A DNA stretch of 64,000 nucleotides, from IMG/VR virus record IMGVR_UViG_3300020195_000410, positions 1,972 to 65,971 of that record, one strand, 5' to 3'. A program made the translations under genes and the position numbers. The notes below the pieces were generated by a model, which was given only the letters and a program-made list of their open reading frames with translations, ran no database searches and was not told the origin of the DNA. The stretch is from a virus. Taxonomy: Duplodnaviria > Caudoviricetes. Of the stretch, positions 9,258-19,424 are shown one piece after another. Within the stretch, counting starts at the first letter, position 1, and each line of letters starts with the position of its first letter.

Positions 9258-11606
9258 ATGGCTATTCTAAGGGGATTTCCACCATCTAACACGATTTCGC
9301 CGAGCGTAAGGATCACCGAAAAGGATCTGAGCTTTGTGGCTCCACAACAATCCTTTCACCGGGCTGGACTCATTGGGTTTGCGAGCAAAGGTCCGATCAA
9401 TGTGCCGACTCTGGTCTCTAGCCAGAATCAGTTGACCACACTGTTCGGCTATCCGCACCCAGAATCCGGCGATCCTTACCTCATCTACGCTGCACAGGCA
9501 TATTTGACAGTTGCTAATGAACTGTACATTGTCCGTGTTGCTGACGACGACGCTGTTAGCGATGAAGCTGCTTTGACAGCAGAAGTTGACATTCCATCCG
9601 CAGGTGGACAGATCCAGATTCTGTCTGACACGGCTGGAGACTACGTTTTCGGAACAGACATGTTCTTCCGATGGAAACTCAATGGAGTTCTTCATTCCAA
9701 GACATTGGTTGTTCTCGCAGGAACATACACAGCCGCACAACTTGCTGAAGACTTGAATCTCCAGTTGGTTGGCGACATCGACGGCATTGAATTCATTACA
9801 CATACGAGCGATACAAAAGTCGGACTCCAGACCACATTCTCCTACGGCCCAGATGCCGAATTGGAATTGGTTTCAATCCAAGACTCAATGTACGGTGGTC
9901 CGGTTGGAGTAACCAATCCATGCGGCCTCGGACTCGATATGACTCAGGCCAGCATCACAGGATCGCTTGATCGTTATCCAGCAACATACCAGACAGCCGG
10001 TGAATATGACTTCACTGCCCTGACCGACATGAACCTTCAGGTTGTTGTCGATGGAACTGACAACGTGTTGATCGACAATGTGGTTCAGGTCATCGACCTC
10101 GCCGCCTTGGAAGGTGCCGAATACACAACAGCAGAATGCGTTGATGAAATCAACTTGCAAATTGAATCTCTTCCGGGTGGATTTGAAGCTTTCGCAGACG
10201 GCGATAACATCGCACTGAGAACGCTGCACTTCGGACGTGATGCAAGATTGCTCGTTAAGCCAGACAGCACAGCAGACGGAATCTTCGGACTCGCCAACGT
10301 AACAGTTGTCGGTGCCAGCCCAATCGGTACATCCGGCGACGGATCGACATACGATTATGGCCGTGTCAACGGAGATGCCAACAGCACTGGTGCAGTCACA
10401 TTCACGATCACGGCTGATAGTGCCGGTATCGACGGAAACGCAACACAAGTTGTGATCCAGAATAACGTCCGTGAAGGAAACTTTGTTGTTCAGGTTTACA
10501 ACGGCGGAGCACAAGTAGAAAGCTGGGGTGGTCTGACAAAAGACGAAACCAGCACCTTCTATGTGGAAACATTCTTGTCCTTGGTATCTGATTGGATTCG
10601 AGTCTCAGACAACTTGGACAATGCAGCATCTCCGCTTGATGGAACATACACACTGGTTGGCGGATCTGATGGAATTCCATCTGACCCAGACCTACAAGAC
10701 GCCCTGATCGTTGGAAACCAGCTTGCCTACACAGGCATGTATGGACTCAGCGAGCCAGAACAGATTGACATCGACTTGGTTGCCGTTCCGGGCCACGCCA
10801 GCACGACTGTAGTAACAGCCTTGTTGGACCTCTGCCAGAACATTCGTATGGATTGCTTGGCAATCATCGACGCACCATTCGGACTCACAGTGCGTGAAAT
10901 CGTGGAATGGCAGAATGGTAGCCATCCTCTCAACACCACGAGATTCGACTCTGACTTCGGTGCTCTCTACTGGCCATGGGTTAAGATTCGAGACAATTAC
11001 AACAGAGTTGACATTTGGGCACCGCCATCCGGTTCGGTTATGGCAACCATCGCTCAGAGCGATAACTTGTCGGCACCTTGGTTTGCACCAGCCGGTACAA
11101 ACCGTGGTATCGTCCACAACATCACAGACGTTTTCTCCAGACCAACTCTGGAAGAAAGAGACCTGATGTATGGATATCGCAATGCGATCAACCCAATTGT
11201 GCAATTCGTGGACTTCCAAGGATTCGTAATCTGGGGTCAGAAGACACTACAAAGACTGCCAACGGCTTTGGACCGTGTGAACGTCAGACGATTGATGTTC
11301 GTGCTGGAAAAACAAATCCGAGTCGCAGCCCGTCAGTTGCTGTTCGATCCACATGATTCAATCCTCGAAGCCAAGTTTGTGAGAATCGCTACGGCAATTC
11401 TCTCACAAGTACAGGTTGGACGAGGTATTGAAGACTTCCGAGTTATCTGTGATGCCACATTGAACACACCCGATGTCATCGACAGAAACGAACTGCGAGC
11501 AAGAATCGGAGTCATTCCAGTTCGAGCAGCGGAATTCATCTTCATCGAATTCTCAATCCACAGAACGGGTTCAGACTTCTCTGATTCCGACACAACCACG
11601 TTCTAA
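9258..11606 (+). CDS. contractile tail sheath protein (gp18-like)
   Basis: SPSVRITEKDLS, YWPW, PPSG, WFAPAG..RG, WGQKTL, RVNVRRL, AEFIFIEF. Confidence 0.95.
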   Translation: MAILRGFPPSNTISPSVRITEKDLSFVAPQQSFHRAGLIGFASKGPINVPTLVSSQNQLTTLFGYPHPESGDPYLIYAAQAYLTVANELYIVRVADDDAVSDEAALTAEVDIPSAGGQIQILSDTAGDYVFGTDMFFRWKLNGVLHSKTLVVLAGTYTAAQLAEDLNLQLVGDIDGIEFITHTSDTKVGLQTTFSYGPDAELELVSIQDSMYGGPVGVTNPCGLGLDMTQASITGSLDRYPATYQTAGEYDFTALTDMNLQVVVDGTDNVLIDNVVQVIDLAALEGAEYTTAECVDEINLQIESLPGGFEAFADGDNIALRTLHFGRDARLLVKPDSTADGIFGLANVTVVGASPIGTSGDGSTYDYGRVNGDANSTGAVTFTITADSAGIDGNATQVVIQNNVREGNFVVQVYNGGAQVESWGGLTKDETSTFYVETFLSLVSDWIRVSDNLDNAASPLDGTYTLVGGSDGIPSDPDLQDALIVGNQLAYTGMYGLSEPEQIDIDLVAVPGHASTTVVTALLDLCQNIRMDCLAIIDAPFGLTVREIVEWQNGSHPLNTTRFDSDFGALYWPWVKIRDNYNRVDIWAPPSGSVMATIAQSDNLSAPWFAPAGTNRGIVHNITDVFSRPTLEERDLMYGYRNAINPIVQFVDFQGFVIWGQKTLQRLPTALDRVNVRRLMFVLEKQIRVAARQLLFDPHDSILEAKFVRIATAILSQVQVGRGIEDFRVICDATLNTPDVIDRNELRARIGVIPVRAAEFIFIEFSIHRTGSDFSDSDTTTF

Positions 11607-11615
11607 TTTTTATGG

Positions 11616-11653
11616 TTCTCAGGGCCGGGCCTTCCGGCCCTGAGAATTGTTTT
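11616..11653 (+). terminator. stem-loop / probable terminator after sheath
   Basis: 13-bp inverted repeat ttctcagggccgg/ccggccctgagaa followed by ttgtttt. Confidence 0.65.
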
Positions 11654-11669
11654 AGCAAGGGGTCTCAAT

Positions 11670-12236
11670 ATGGCTCAACCAATGGGCATCGGTCATGTGG
11701 GCTTGCCCGGAACAATCATCAAACGCAAATTTAGATATACCATTCAGTTCTCTGGCCCATGGGGTTTCGTTCCTGAACATTATGTCAAAGTAGCGGCACG
11801 TCCTCAATTAGAAATCGACGAACTTGAAGTTCAATTTCTGAATGCGAGCACATGGATTCCGGGAAAGGGTCGCTGGCAACCGCTTAATATCACATATATA
11901 GATGTAACCGGCAAAGAGATGCAAGATCTTTATGATTGGGCGGCTACGATATATGACTTCCAAGAATATGGCAAAAATGAAATTGATCTGAAACAATCTG
12001 AAAAACAAGGTTGGACAGGAGTAGGACTTCTTTCGCTTTATGATGGATGTGGAACTCCAGTAGAAAAATGGACACTGAAAGGTTGTTTTATTCAAGCAAT
12101 CAATTTCGGAGATCTGGATTATTCATCAAATGATGAATGTAATATCGAAGTAACAATCAGATATGACAAAGCAAACTTGGAAGACGTTGGTTCGTGTGGC
12201 ATCGTGCCAAAGGGATATCCTATATGTTGTCAATAA
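11670..12236 (+). CDS. tail tube protein (gp19-like), paralog 1
   Basis: KRKFRY, ARP.LEI, IPGK..W, YDGCG, FGDLDYSS. Confidence 0.85.
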   Translation: MAQPMGIGHVGLPGTIIKRKFRYTIQFSGPWGFVPEHYVKVAARPQLEIDELEVQFLNASTWIPGKGRWQPLNITYIDVTGKEMQDLYDWAATIYDFQEYGKNEIDLKQSEKQGWTGVGLLSLYDGCGTPVEKWTLKGCFIQAINFGDLDYSSNDECNIEVTIRYDKANLEDVGSCGIVPKGYPICCQ

Positions 12237-12251
12237 CAGGAGTAAATAAAA

Positions 12252-12824
12252 ATGGCTAGTCTAAAACCAATGGGCATCGGTGTCATTGGACAACCAGATG
12301 TTGTATTCAAAAGAAAGTTCCGCTGGACATTCGAAATTCAAGGATTTTGCAACAACCAGAAGAACGTAGTTCCAGAATACTTCGTCAAGTTGGCCTCTCG
12401 CCCGAACCTTGAAATCGAAGAAACAGAAATCAATCACTTGAACGCAAAGATGTGGATTCCGGGTAAGGCATCTTGGCAGACGATTTCTGTAACATACATG
12501 GACGTGGCACACACAGAGATGCAGAGTCTCTGGAACTGGCTCGCTACAGTCTATGACTTTACAGACCCGGTAAACCTCAAGATGGGAAACCGTCGTGACT
12601 GGGACGCCACAGGCGTTCTCAGCATGTATGACGGTTGCGGTGTACTGCTAGAACAATGGCAGCTTCAGCACTGCTGGCCAACAGGCATCAACTTTGGAGA
12701 ACTGGACTACTCTTCCTCAGAAGAAGCAACTATCGAACTGACGCTCCGTTATTGGGACGTTGTTTACAGAAGCTACTGCCCAGACTTTATCCCAACTGGT
12801 TGCTGCTCAGGTTGCGGAAACTAA
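12252..12824 (+). CDS. tail tube protein (gp19-like), paralog 2
   Basis: Same motifs as paralog 1. Confidence 0.85.
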   Translation: MASLKPMGIGVIGQPDVVFKRKFRWTFEIQGFCNNQKNVVPEYFVKLASRPNLEIEETEINHLNAKMWIPGKASWQTISVTYMDVAHTEMQSLWNWLATVYDFTDPVNLKMGNRRDWDATGVLSMYDGCGVLLEQWQLQHCWPTGINFGELDYSSSEEATIELTLRYWDVVYRSYCPDFIPTGCCSGCGN

Positions 12825-12842
12825 CCAGAATAGGAGAACAGT

Positions 12843-13424
12843 ATGGCACAACCAATGGGTATTGGAGCACTTGGCTTCAATAACACAATATTCAAGAGGA
12901 AGTTTAGATACACCTTCACAATTACCAATATCTGTGGTAATGCAAATAGGTCTGTACCTGAATCTTACGTCAAGACAGCGGCCCGTCCGAATCTTGCAAT
13001 CGAAGAAACAGAAATCAACTTCTTGAACGCAAAGATGTTTATTCCGGGAAAAGCTACTTGGGAAACAATTACAGTAAACTACATTGATGCAGTCAACGCA
13101 TCCAACATCGCCTCATTCAAACCGTTGTGGGATTGGATGGCATCATTGTACGACTTCAGAGATCCAATCAACCTAAAAATGGGATCAAGTCGTCGTGCCT
13201 ATTCGGCCACCGGAATTCTCAATCTGTATGATGGTTGCGGAACTCTTCTGGAAACATGGACAATGGACAACATGTGGCCAACTGCAATCGACTTCGGAGA
13301 ATTAGATTATTCTTCATCAGAAGAATGTACAATCGCACTGACATTACGATACCACGATGTCATCTACACTCCTGTATGTCCAGCATTCGCCATTGAACCT
13401 TGCTGCTTTCCTTGTGGTAGTTAA
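12843..13424 (+). CDS. tail tube protein (gp19-like), paralog 3
   Basis: Same motifs as paralog 1. Confidence 0.85.
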   Translation: MAQPMGIGALGFNNTIFKRKFRYTFTITNICGNANRSVPESYVKTAARPNLAIEETEINFLNAKMFIPGKATWETITVNYIDAVNASNIASFKPLWDWMASLYDFRDPINLKMGSSRRAYSATGILNLYDGCGTLLETWTMDNMWPTAIDFGELDYSSSEECTIALTLRYHDVIYTPVCPAFAIEPCCFPCGS

Positions 13425-13489
13425 GTTTGTAATGACTATGATAAGGGGGTGGGATTTAGATCCGCCCCCTTATTTTTTTGGAGAAGACT

Positions 13490-14050
13490 ATGGCAAAAAT
13501 GGGTATGCAAATGGGACTGGAAGGCGATGGCCGCTTCTGCAAAAGACAGTTCCGTTGGATGTTCACAGTTGATAACATAATTGGAGATCTAAGCTCTAGT
13601 GGCAGTATGCAATGTTTGCCGCCAGAAAAGAGTGCTAGACCAAATCTGTCATTCAAAGAAATGAATGTACAACACTTGATTGAAGAAGTATTTTATCCTG
13701 CCAAGCCAGATTGGAAGCCAATTACGGTGACATTATTTGACTTAAAGAAAAGTTCGCACCCAATTTGGAAGTGGCTAAACGAATTGTATTTTGTCGATGC
13801 ACAGACTGCTACATTCGTTGAACCCAACGCAAAGCCGGGTCCAACTGTAGGTTTCATCAGACAATGCACACTGCAATTATTCGACGGTTGCGGCGAAGTC
13901 GTCGAGACTTGGATCTACGACGACTGTTGGCCACAATCTGTGAATTTTCAACCACTTGATATGACTCAAGGTGGTCTTGTCATGTGTGAGGTTACGCTAC
14001 GATACGCAAGAGCTTATATCCAAGAAGATAGAGGAAGATCGCAACTTTAA
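13490..14050 (+). CDS. tail tube protein (gp19-like), paralog 4
   Basis: KRQFRW, SARPNL, FDGCG, CWPQSVNF, VTLRY. Confidence 0.8.
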   Translation: MAKMGMQMGLEGDGRFCKRQFRWMFTVDNIIGDLSSSGSMQCLPPEKSARPNLSFKEMNVQHLIEEVFYPAKPDWKPITVTLFDLKKSSHPIWKWLNELYFVDAQTATFVEPNAKPGPTVGFIRQCTLQLFDGCGEVVETWIYDDCWPQSVNFQPLDMTQGGLVMCEVTLRYARAYIQEDRGRSQL

Positions 14051-14346
14051 TCTTCGTCATCTTCTTCATCTTCGTCTATCTCAAACAATTGGAATTCTCC
14101 ATTAAGGATCTCTCTCATTCCTTCGAGAGCATCTTCCAGTTGCTTGCTTTTCCAGCCGAGCTTACGAATGGTGGCACTCTTATTAAGCCGCCCTCGCTTG
14201 GTGTAACACTCGTTGTCATCATCTAAGAGACATTCGAGCAATTCACCATACCCGTTCTTACGAAGCTTGTCTATGATTTCTTGCATTTCGATAGCGTAAA
14301 CAGGATTGGTTACACTAGCTTTGTTCATATAATTACAATCTACCAT
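14047..14346 (-). CDS. hypothetical protein
   Basis: 99 aa ORF, acidic tail. Confidence 0.65.
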   Translation of the reverse strand: MVDCNYMNKASVTNPVYAIEMQEIIDKLRKNGYGELLECLLDDDNECYTKRGRLNKSATIRKLGWKSKQLEDALEGMREILNGEFQLFEIDEDEEDDED

Positions 14347-14900
14347 GAAGTTGAATCCCTGTCAAGATAGCTTCTGCTATTTTGTGATCTTTCTTTGCCA
14401 TTTCTCATAACAACACTGTCAAATTTGTCTGACAGGTACACCATGTATTTCTTTTTCAGTTCATTATAGTTTCTGGCACTTCTGTAAAGTTGTCTGTAAT
14501 GATTCAAAATGCAAGTTGTCATGTAATTGAACGCTTTGCCTTTTCTTGGATCGAACCTGTCAATCTTTTCGAAGCAGATCAACACACCTTCTTGAATGGC
14601 GTCATCCACGTCGATCCCGCTAAACTTGGCATAATTCGTAATGTTCTGTGCAAGAATGTAGAAAGCGTATGCCAGTTGATTCTGAAAATCCTTGAAGTTC
14701 ACACAGGACTCGTTGTACTTGCCGACAACGGCGTCCAAACGGTCTTTTTTAACTTCATCTTTGTACTTGATCAATCTGCGATTGTAAGTTTCTTGACAAT
14801 CACTAACCATCATGTGGTATCGTTCTTTTTCTCTTTTATGGAATTGGAATGATTGAATGATGGATTCAAACGTCTTGTTGTTAAGGTATTCGTTGGCCAT
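14340..14900 (-). CDS. late-transcription sigma factor (gp55-like)
   Basis: YLNNK N-terminus; DDAIQEGVLICFEKIDRFDP.KGKAFNYMTTCI sigma region 2 motif. Confidence 0.8.
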   Translation of the reverse strand: MANEYLNNKTFESIIQSFQFHKREKERYHMMVSDCQETYNRRLIKYKDEVKKDRLDAVVGKYNESCVNFKDFQNQLAYAFYILAQNITNYAKFSGIDVDDAIQEGVLICFEKIDRFDPRKGKAFNYMTTCILNHYRQLYRSARNYNELKKKYMVYLSDKFDSVVMRNGKERSQNSRSYLDRDSTSW

Positions 14901-14997
14901 TTTCCTCCGACCGAGCATTTAAGGGTATCTATATATCTGCATCACGGCTCACAATCTGCAAGGAAAATTCCCTTTTTCCACTATCATTAAGAGTAGT

Positions 14998-15198
14998 ATG
15001 GAAATAATAAAGTTGTATGCTGAATTGCTGTCTAATCCCAGAAGTTTGGTGGCATATCATGCCTTGCTGACCAAATACAAAAATTGCAATATGAGCAATG
15101 AAGCCAAGGCAATTGAGGATCTAATCCGAAGGAAGTTCGATGCTGACTGTCCACATATTGACCAAGAACAACGCCAAAACAATCCAGAAGGCTCTTGA
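14998..15198 (+). CDS. small hypothetical protein
   Basis: 66 aa ORF. Confidence 0.5.
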   Translation: MEIIKLYAELLSNPRSLVAYHALLTKYKNCNMSNEAKAIEDLIRRKFDADCPHIDQEQRQNNPEGS

Positions 15199-16060
15199 CT
15201 CAGTTCAATGGGCAGATCGGATCATGGTGGCAGATCTGGGAAGCACAGACGGCACGATCCAGATTGCGGAACAATCGGCGGAGGTCTACAGAATGGATTG
15301 TCTCAGGAATGACGCCAGAAACAAGCTGATTGAGATGACTACAGGGCCAACATTGTCATTGGAGCCTTGGGAAGCTGTCGCTCAAGGACATCACACACTA
15401 AGCAACGTGTCCAAACAAACCTATGCCACAATACTACAGAACAAGACATTGACAAAGGATATTAGGGCTTGGTGCGGCAAACCAAAGTTCATTAACCCTG
15501 TCTATGAGATGATTGAAGGAGATGGATCTGAATCAGACATATTGATCTATTCAACAGGTCGTACAGATCATTCGGAATTGTTGAGTGCAATCAACGATTG
15601 GAAGTTGGAAGCCCCGACAGCCATAGCCCCATACTATTACGAAGCCTGTACGTTGCTTTCTTTGGGAAAATGGAAAGAGTTCCTTGCAGTGTCTGAACAT
15701 TACATGTTCTTAGATAAAACGAAATCAATTTCGTCTGTAATGAACCACTATTACTTCTCAATGGTTCAATTGGTATACATGAAGAAAGTTGTTCCTACAT
15801 TGCAGAATCTGTCTATATGCTTGGCCGCTAAGCCGTTGATGGCTGAATTCTGGTGTCTTGCAGGAGACGTTCACTACCATCTAACGAAGAGATTCAATGT
15901 GGCCAAGGATCTCTATGAGAATGCGATTATGCTAGGCGGCAAAAGGCTTAAGAGCGACAAATGGCCAATGGATCTCGCAAAGTACAGATCTTACCCGATG
16001 AAGATGATTGAGAGTTGTGACAAACTCATGGAGAGCAAATCTCTGTATCTCAAATCCTAG
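15140..16060 (+). CDS. GT2-like glycosyltransferase with TPR-like C-terminus
   Basis: LTVHILTKN..TI...LDS, DLGSTDGT, ARN. Confidence 0.75.
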   Translation: MLTVHILTKNNAKTIQKALDSVQWADRIMVADLGSTDGTIQIAEQSAEVYRMDCLRNDARNKLIEMTTGPTLSLEPWEAVAQGHHTLSNVSKQTYATILQNKTLTKDIRAWCGKPKFINPVYEMIEGDGSESDILIYSTGRTDHSELLSAINDWKLEAPTAIAPYYYEACTLLSLGKWKEFLAVSEHYMFLDKTKSISSVMNHYYFSMVQLVYMKKVVPTLQNLSICLAAKPLMAEFWCLAGDVHYHLTKRFNVAKDLYENAIMLGGKRLKSDKWPMDLAKYRSYPMKMIESCDKLMESKSLYLKS

Positions 16061-16446
16061 AACACATCTTCAATGTGATTAACCACAACAGTCACTTGAT
16101 CTTCCCAGCGAGCCACATCCAATTGCTTCCGACCCGGTGGTAGCTTCCTGAGTTCGGCTGTGAGTTCGTGGATGCTGCAATTGATCACTTGCCACTCGTT
16201 CTTGGCGAATCTCTCTAGGCTCTTCTCCATCTCCTCGGCAGGCGGCGTGTCCTTCATTGGGAAATAGTTGGCGATTTCCTTGCCAGCCTTACGCATGACG
16301 CTCATGTAAATTGGATGGTTGCAAGCACATCCGGGATTCTTCAAAAACTTTTGAACATCTTCTGTAAGTGTGTCTGGCAGAGACGATCTAAATCGTTCAT
16401 CAAGTAATGCTTGCTTGATGTCATGAATGTTTACTTTTTTCTTCAT
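16057..16446 (-). CDS. hypothetical protein
   Basis: 129 aa ORF. Confidence 0.7.
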   Translation of the reverse strand: MKKKVNIHDIKQALLDERFRSSLPDTLTEDVQKFLKNPGCACNHPIYMSVMRKAGKEIANYFPMKDTPPAEEMEKSLERFAKNEWQVINCSIHELTAELRKLPPGRKQLDVARWEDQVTVVVNHIEDVF

Positions 16447-16447
16447 C

Positions 16448-16963
16448 TTATCCTAAGAATTCAGGTGGTTTATATTTGATCGGGGTTCCATCCTCGATCC
16501 TCTTTTTCTTTTCCATGTCTTCCTTTGCTTTTTGCTCTCTCTTGTCGATCTCGTCATACGACTTAGAGTAAACATCAGGAAGAGATTTGACAACAACGCC
16601 TCTGCCACAGTCTGGGCATTTCACCTTGGACTTCTGTTGAACAACAGGGATGTTGATTACAGATTCTTTCCACTCATTGCTTTGAAAGACTAGAGTTTTA
16701 GTCTGACCGTTCAATTCAAAGATCAGACTTCTCTTTCCGTCTCCATCTACTTTTTTCCAGCCTTGAGCGGTAAGCGTGTCGATATCGACTACACCTGTTG
16801 TTTTGATGCTGGGATTGTTTAGTGTTGGGATTTTTGTGGGCACAGCAGACACTTTGATTTGAGTTAGGCCATCTGGCTTATCTGTATCAAAGATCTTCTT
16901 GTACGAGCAAATCTCGCAATACACTAAAAAACGCTTAATCTTCTCTGGTTGTCGGTTCATCAT
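16448..16963 (-). CDS. hypothetical zinc-ribbon protein
   Basis: CEIC and CPDC pairs. Confidence 0.65.
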   Translation of the reverse strand: MMNRQPEKIKRFLVYCEICSYKKIFDTDKPDGLTQIKVSAVPTKIPTLNNPSIKTTGVVDIDTLTAQGWKKVDGDGKRSLIFELNGQTKTLVFQSNEWKESVINIPVVQQKSKVKCPDCGRGVVVKSLPDVYSKSYDEIDKREQKAKEDMEKKKRIEDGTPIKYKPPEFLG

Positions 16964-17285
16964 GATCTGCCTCATCTACCTCGAATTCAATTTTGCTCCT
17001 AAGTAGATATGTCAAATCTGTGAATGTTTGGGCAATTACACTTCCTGCGAACCCGCATGTCAGAATAAGCCACCATTGATTAGAGACAATCAACCAGCCA
17101 CAAATTAGACCGGCCCAGAACCCAGTGCATTCATAGCACTCAAACAATTGCTTTGACCAATCTGCTGATTGCATCCACTCTCGAATGCTCTTGCCAGAGA
17201 TCTTGATCAAATCAAAGATCCTGCCATGCACAACAATGTTGGTCAGGCCAATCGTGGCCAACGCAAAAAACACTAATGTAATCAT
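16935..17285 (-). CDS. membrane protein (DUF1360-like)
   Basis: Hydrophobic helices and CYECTGFW motif. Confidence 0.65.
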   Translation of the reverse strand: MITLVFFALATIGLTNIVVHGRIFDLIKISGKSIREWMQSADWSKQLFECYECTGFWAGLICGWLIVSNQWWLILTCGFAGSVIAQTFTDLTYLLRSKIEFEVDEADHDEPTTRED

Positions 17286-17554
17286 TACTCTCTCTTCTTT
17301 CTCTTAATGTCGTTTTCTTCATCATCTTGATCTTTTTCTTCTGCCTTCGTGTCGTTGATGAAATTTCTTTTCTCAACACGACAAGCTTCGTCAAAGCATG
17401 GCACAAACACGCACAGATATCCTTCTTCGGCCATCGCATCAACCGCAACTTGATTCTGAGCTTTGACCAAGTTGACGTATTCATCCACGCCTAGATGTTT
17501 GTTTTGCTCACAGACGTTGAGGAAAAATGTCACAAATCCTTTTTTAGCTGTCAT
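17285..17554 (-). CDS. hypothetical protein
   Basis: AAGGAG RBS, 89 aa. Confidence 0.7.
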   Translation of the reverse strand: MTAKKGFVTFFLNVCEQNKHLGVDEYVNLVKAQNQVAVDAMAEEGYLCVFVPCFDEACRVEKRNFINDTKAEEKDQDDEENDIKRKKRE

Positions 17555-17568
17555 AATGCTCCTTAAAT

Positions 17569-17979
17569 TTATCGCCAGAAACTAATATAGAGGAACTCTT
17601 TGTCCCGCCAAGTGCTGAAGTAATTGAAGTCTGTCACACGACAAAGCTCGTCACAGACCTCAGTTGAGTTGGCAAGCGGAACTTTAAGATTGTGATTGAC
17701 ACTGTAATTTAGTCTTTCGACTATGATCTTGTCGCCAAAATATGTTTCCAGCATCCGCACTTCATCTTCTGTCAAAGCATTCAGTAAATCTAAGACAGCT
17801 TGTTTGCCGATACTGCCAAGCATCGGCAACCTCTTGGCAATACGCCACTGCTCGAAAAGACTAAAGTAACTTGGCGGAAGCATTTTTTGTGCTTCTTTGT
17901 CGTGAAATACAAGTTCTTCGATGTTGGAGAAATTAAGATCAATCATACTCTTATACCACACTGAGTCCAAATTCATCAT
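17569..17979 (-). CDS. hypothetical protein
   Basis: 136 aa ORF. Confidence 0.65.
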   Translation of the reverse strand: MMNLDSVWYKSMIDLNFSNIEELVFHDKEAQKMLPPSYFSLFEQWRIAKRLPMLGSIGKQAVLDLLNALTEDEVRMLETYFGDKIIVERLNYSVNHNLKVPLANSTEVCDELCRVTDFNYFSTWRDKEFLYISFWR

Positions 17980-17982
17980 AGT

Positions 17983-19164
17983 ATGAAGGAGATGATTATG
18001 ACAGATGATGTTTACCGCCCAAGGAAGAAAATCAGTTCACAAGACTTGCAAGATGATCTCGTAGATGAATCTCCGACGAGCGATGATAATGATCCTTTGG
18101 CTGCTATTCGAAAAATTCAACAAGCAGCAGGAAATGAAGTCGGCAGAGATGTGTCCGATCAGCCGCTCGCCAAGAAGGACATGCCATTTGAGGTTAGTGG
18201 CCAGATGCCATCAGCTTTCAAGGAAGCAATGGCACGAAAGGCTGCTGCCAGCGGCAACCCAGCCCCGGCCCCAGCAGATGAAGAGGACGATCTGCCTCCA
18301 TTCATCAGGGAGACCAGACAGGCCGCTCCCAAGAAGCCAAAAGCAACTTCAGATTCTAAGATCAGAGTCACGGGGAGTGACAGCTTTGAAGCGGCTTTGG
18401 CAAAGTTGTCAGACCCAAATCAATGGGAAGAGTTTGAGTTCCCGTCCAAGGGTCGCTTCTACAGCGAGATCCCTCCAGTAATCCATGTTCGCCCCATGAC
18501 TGGAGAAGAAGAGCAGATCTTGGCAACTCCAAGATTCGTCAAGAAGGGCAAGGCCATTGATATGATCTTCGACAGATGTATCCGTGAGAAGATTAACACA
18601 GAAGATCTTCTGTCAGTTGACAGAACTCACTTGTTGATTTACTTGCGTGGTATTTCATACACGCCAGAGTATGACGTAGAAATCAAGTGCCCAGAATGCG
18701 GCATCAAGTTCCAGACAGTCATCGACTTGAACGGATTGGAAGTTGAAGACTGCCCTGTGGACTTTGGCCCGGATGATTTGGAAGGCACATTGCCAATGAG
18801 CGGGTTCAAGTATCGTTACCGACTATCGTTGGGCAAAGACGAACAACAAATCTCTCAGTACAGAGACAAGAAGATTCAAGACTGGGGCGACCAGAGCGAA
18901 GACGACACTCTTCTGTATAGAACAGCTTTGTTGTTGGAAGAACTTGAAGGCGTGAGGATGTTGAAGGAAATCCAGTTCTTGTTAAAGAAACTGCCGATTG
19001 CCGACGTGGCTTATCTCAGAAATGAGATCAACCAGCCACCATTTGGGGTGAAGACTGAAGTTCCAATGCTGTGCCCATCTTGCACTGAAGAGTTCAAGAT
19101 CGACTTGCCGCTAGAAACAAGTTTTTTCTTCCCAAGGAAGAAGGAGGAAAATCGCCAAGCGTAG
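17983..19164 (+). CDS. baseplate hub / tail assembly chaperone (T4 gp26-like)
   Basis: PSKG.FY, VRPMTGEEEQIL, L.S.DR..LL..LR.ISY, CPEC...CPSC, ends FFFP. Confidence 0.75.
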   Translation: MKEMIMTDDVYRPRKKISSQDLQDDLVDESPTSDDNDPLAAIRKIQQAAGNEVGRDVSDQPLAKKDMPFEVSGQMPSAFKEAMARKAAASGNPAPAPADEEDDLPPFIRETRQAAPKKPKATSDSKIRVTGSDSFEAALAKLSDPNQWEEFEFPSKGRFYSEIPPVIHVRPMTGEEEQILATPRFVKKGKAIDMIFDRCIREKINTEDLLSVDRTHLLIYLRGISYTPEYDVEIKCPECGIKFQTVIDLNGLEVEDCPVDFGPDDLEGTLPMSGFKYRYRLSLGKDEQQISQYRDKKIQDWGDQSEDDTLLYRTALLLEELEGVRMLKEIQFLLKKLPIADVAYLRNEINQPPFGVKTEVPMLCPSCTEEFKIDLPLETSFFFPRKKEENRQA

Positions 19165-19340
19165 AGCTATGGCGTAACCTCATGGAAGAACTCTTCTTCT
19201 TCCAATATCACATGCACATGTCAAAACAAGATTGCATGACAATTCCTATTCACGAAAGAAAATGGTTGATCCAAAGGTTCATCGAGCAAAAAAAGAAGGA
19301 ATCTGAAGCAATTGAAAGAATGAAGAAACAAAAGAAGTGA
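19122..19340 (+). CDS. -1 frame extension of the chaperone (gp51-like / GT-type); internal ATG at 19182
   Basis: T TTT TTC heptamer at 19122-19128; -1 frame open to TGA at 19340 (EELFFFQYHM...ERKWLIQRF). Confidence 0.7.
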   Translation, partial: FFLPKEEGGKSPSVELWRNLMEELFFFQYHMHMSKQDCMTIPIHERKWLIQRFIEQKKKESEAIERMKKQKK

Positions 19341-19424
19341 TCTTCAGCCTAAAAATCACAATTTCCTTTCTAAAATTACTAAATTACACTAGATAGAAAG
19401 TAGTTCATTATTTTAGGAGGACAA

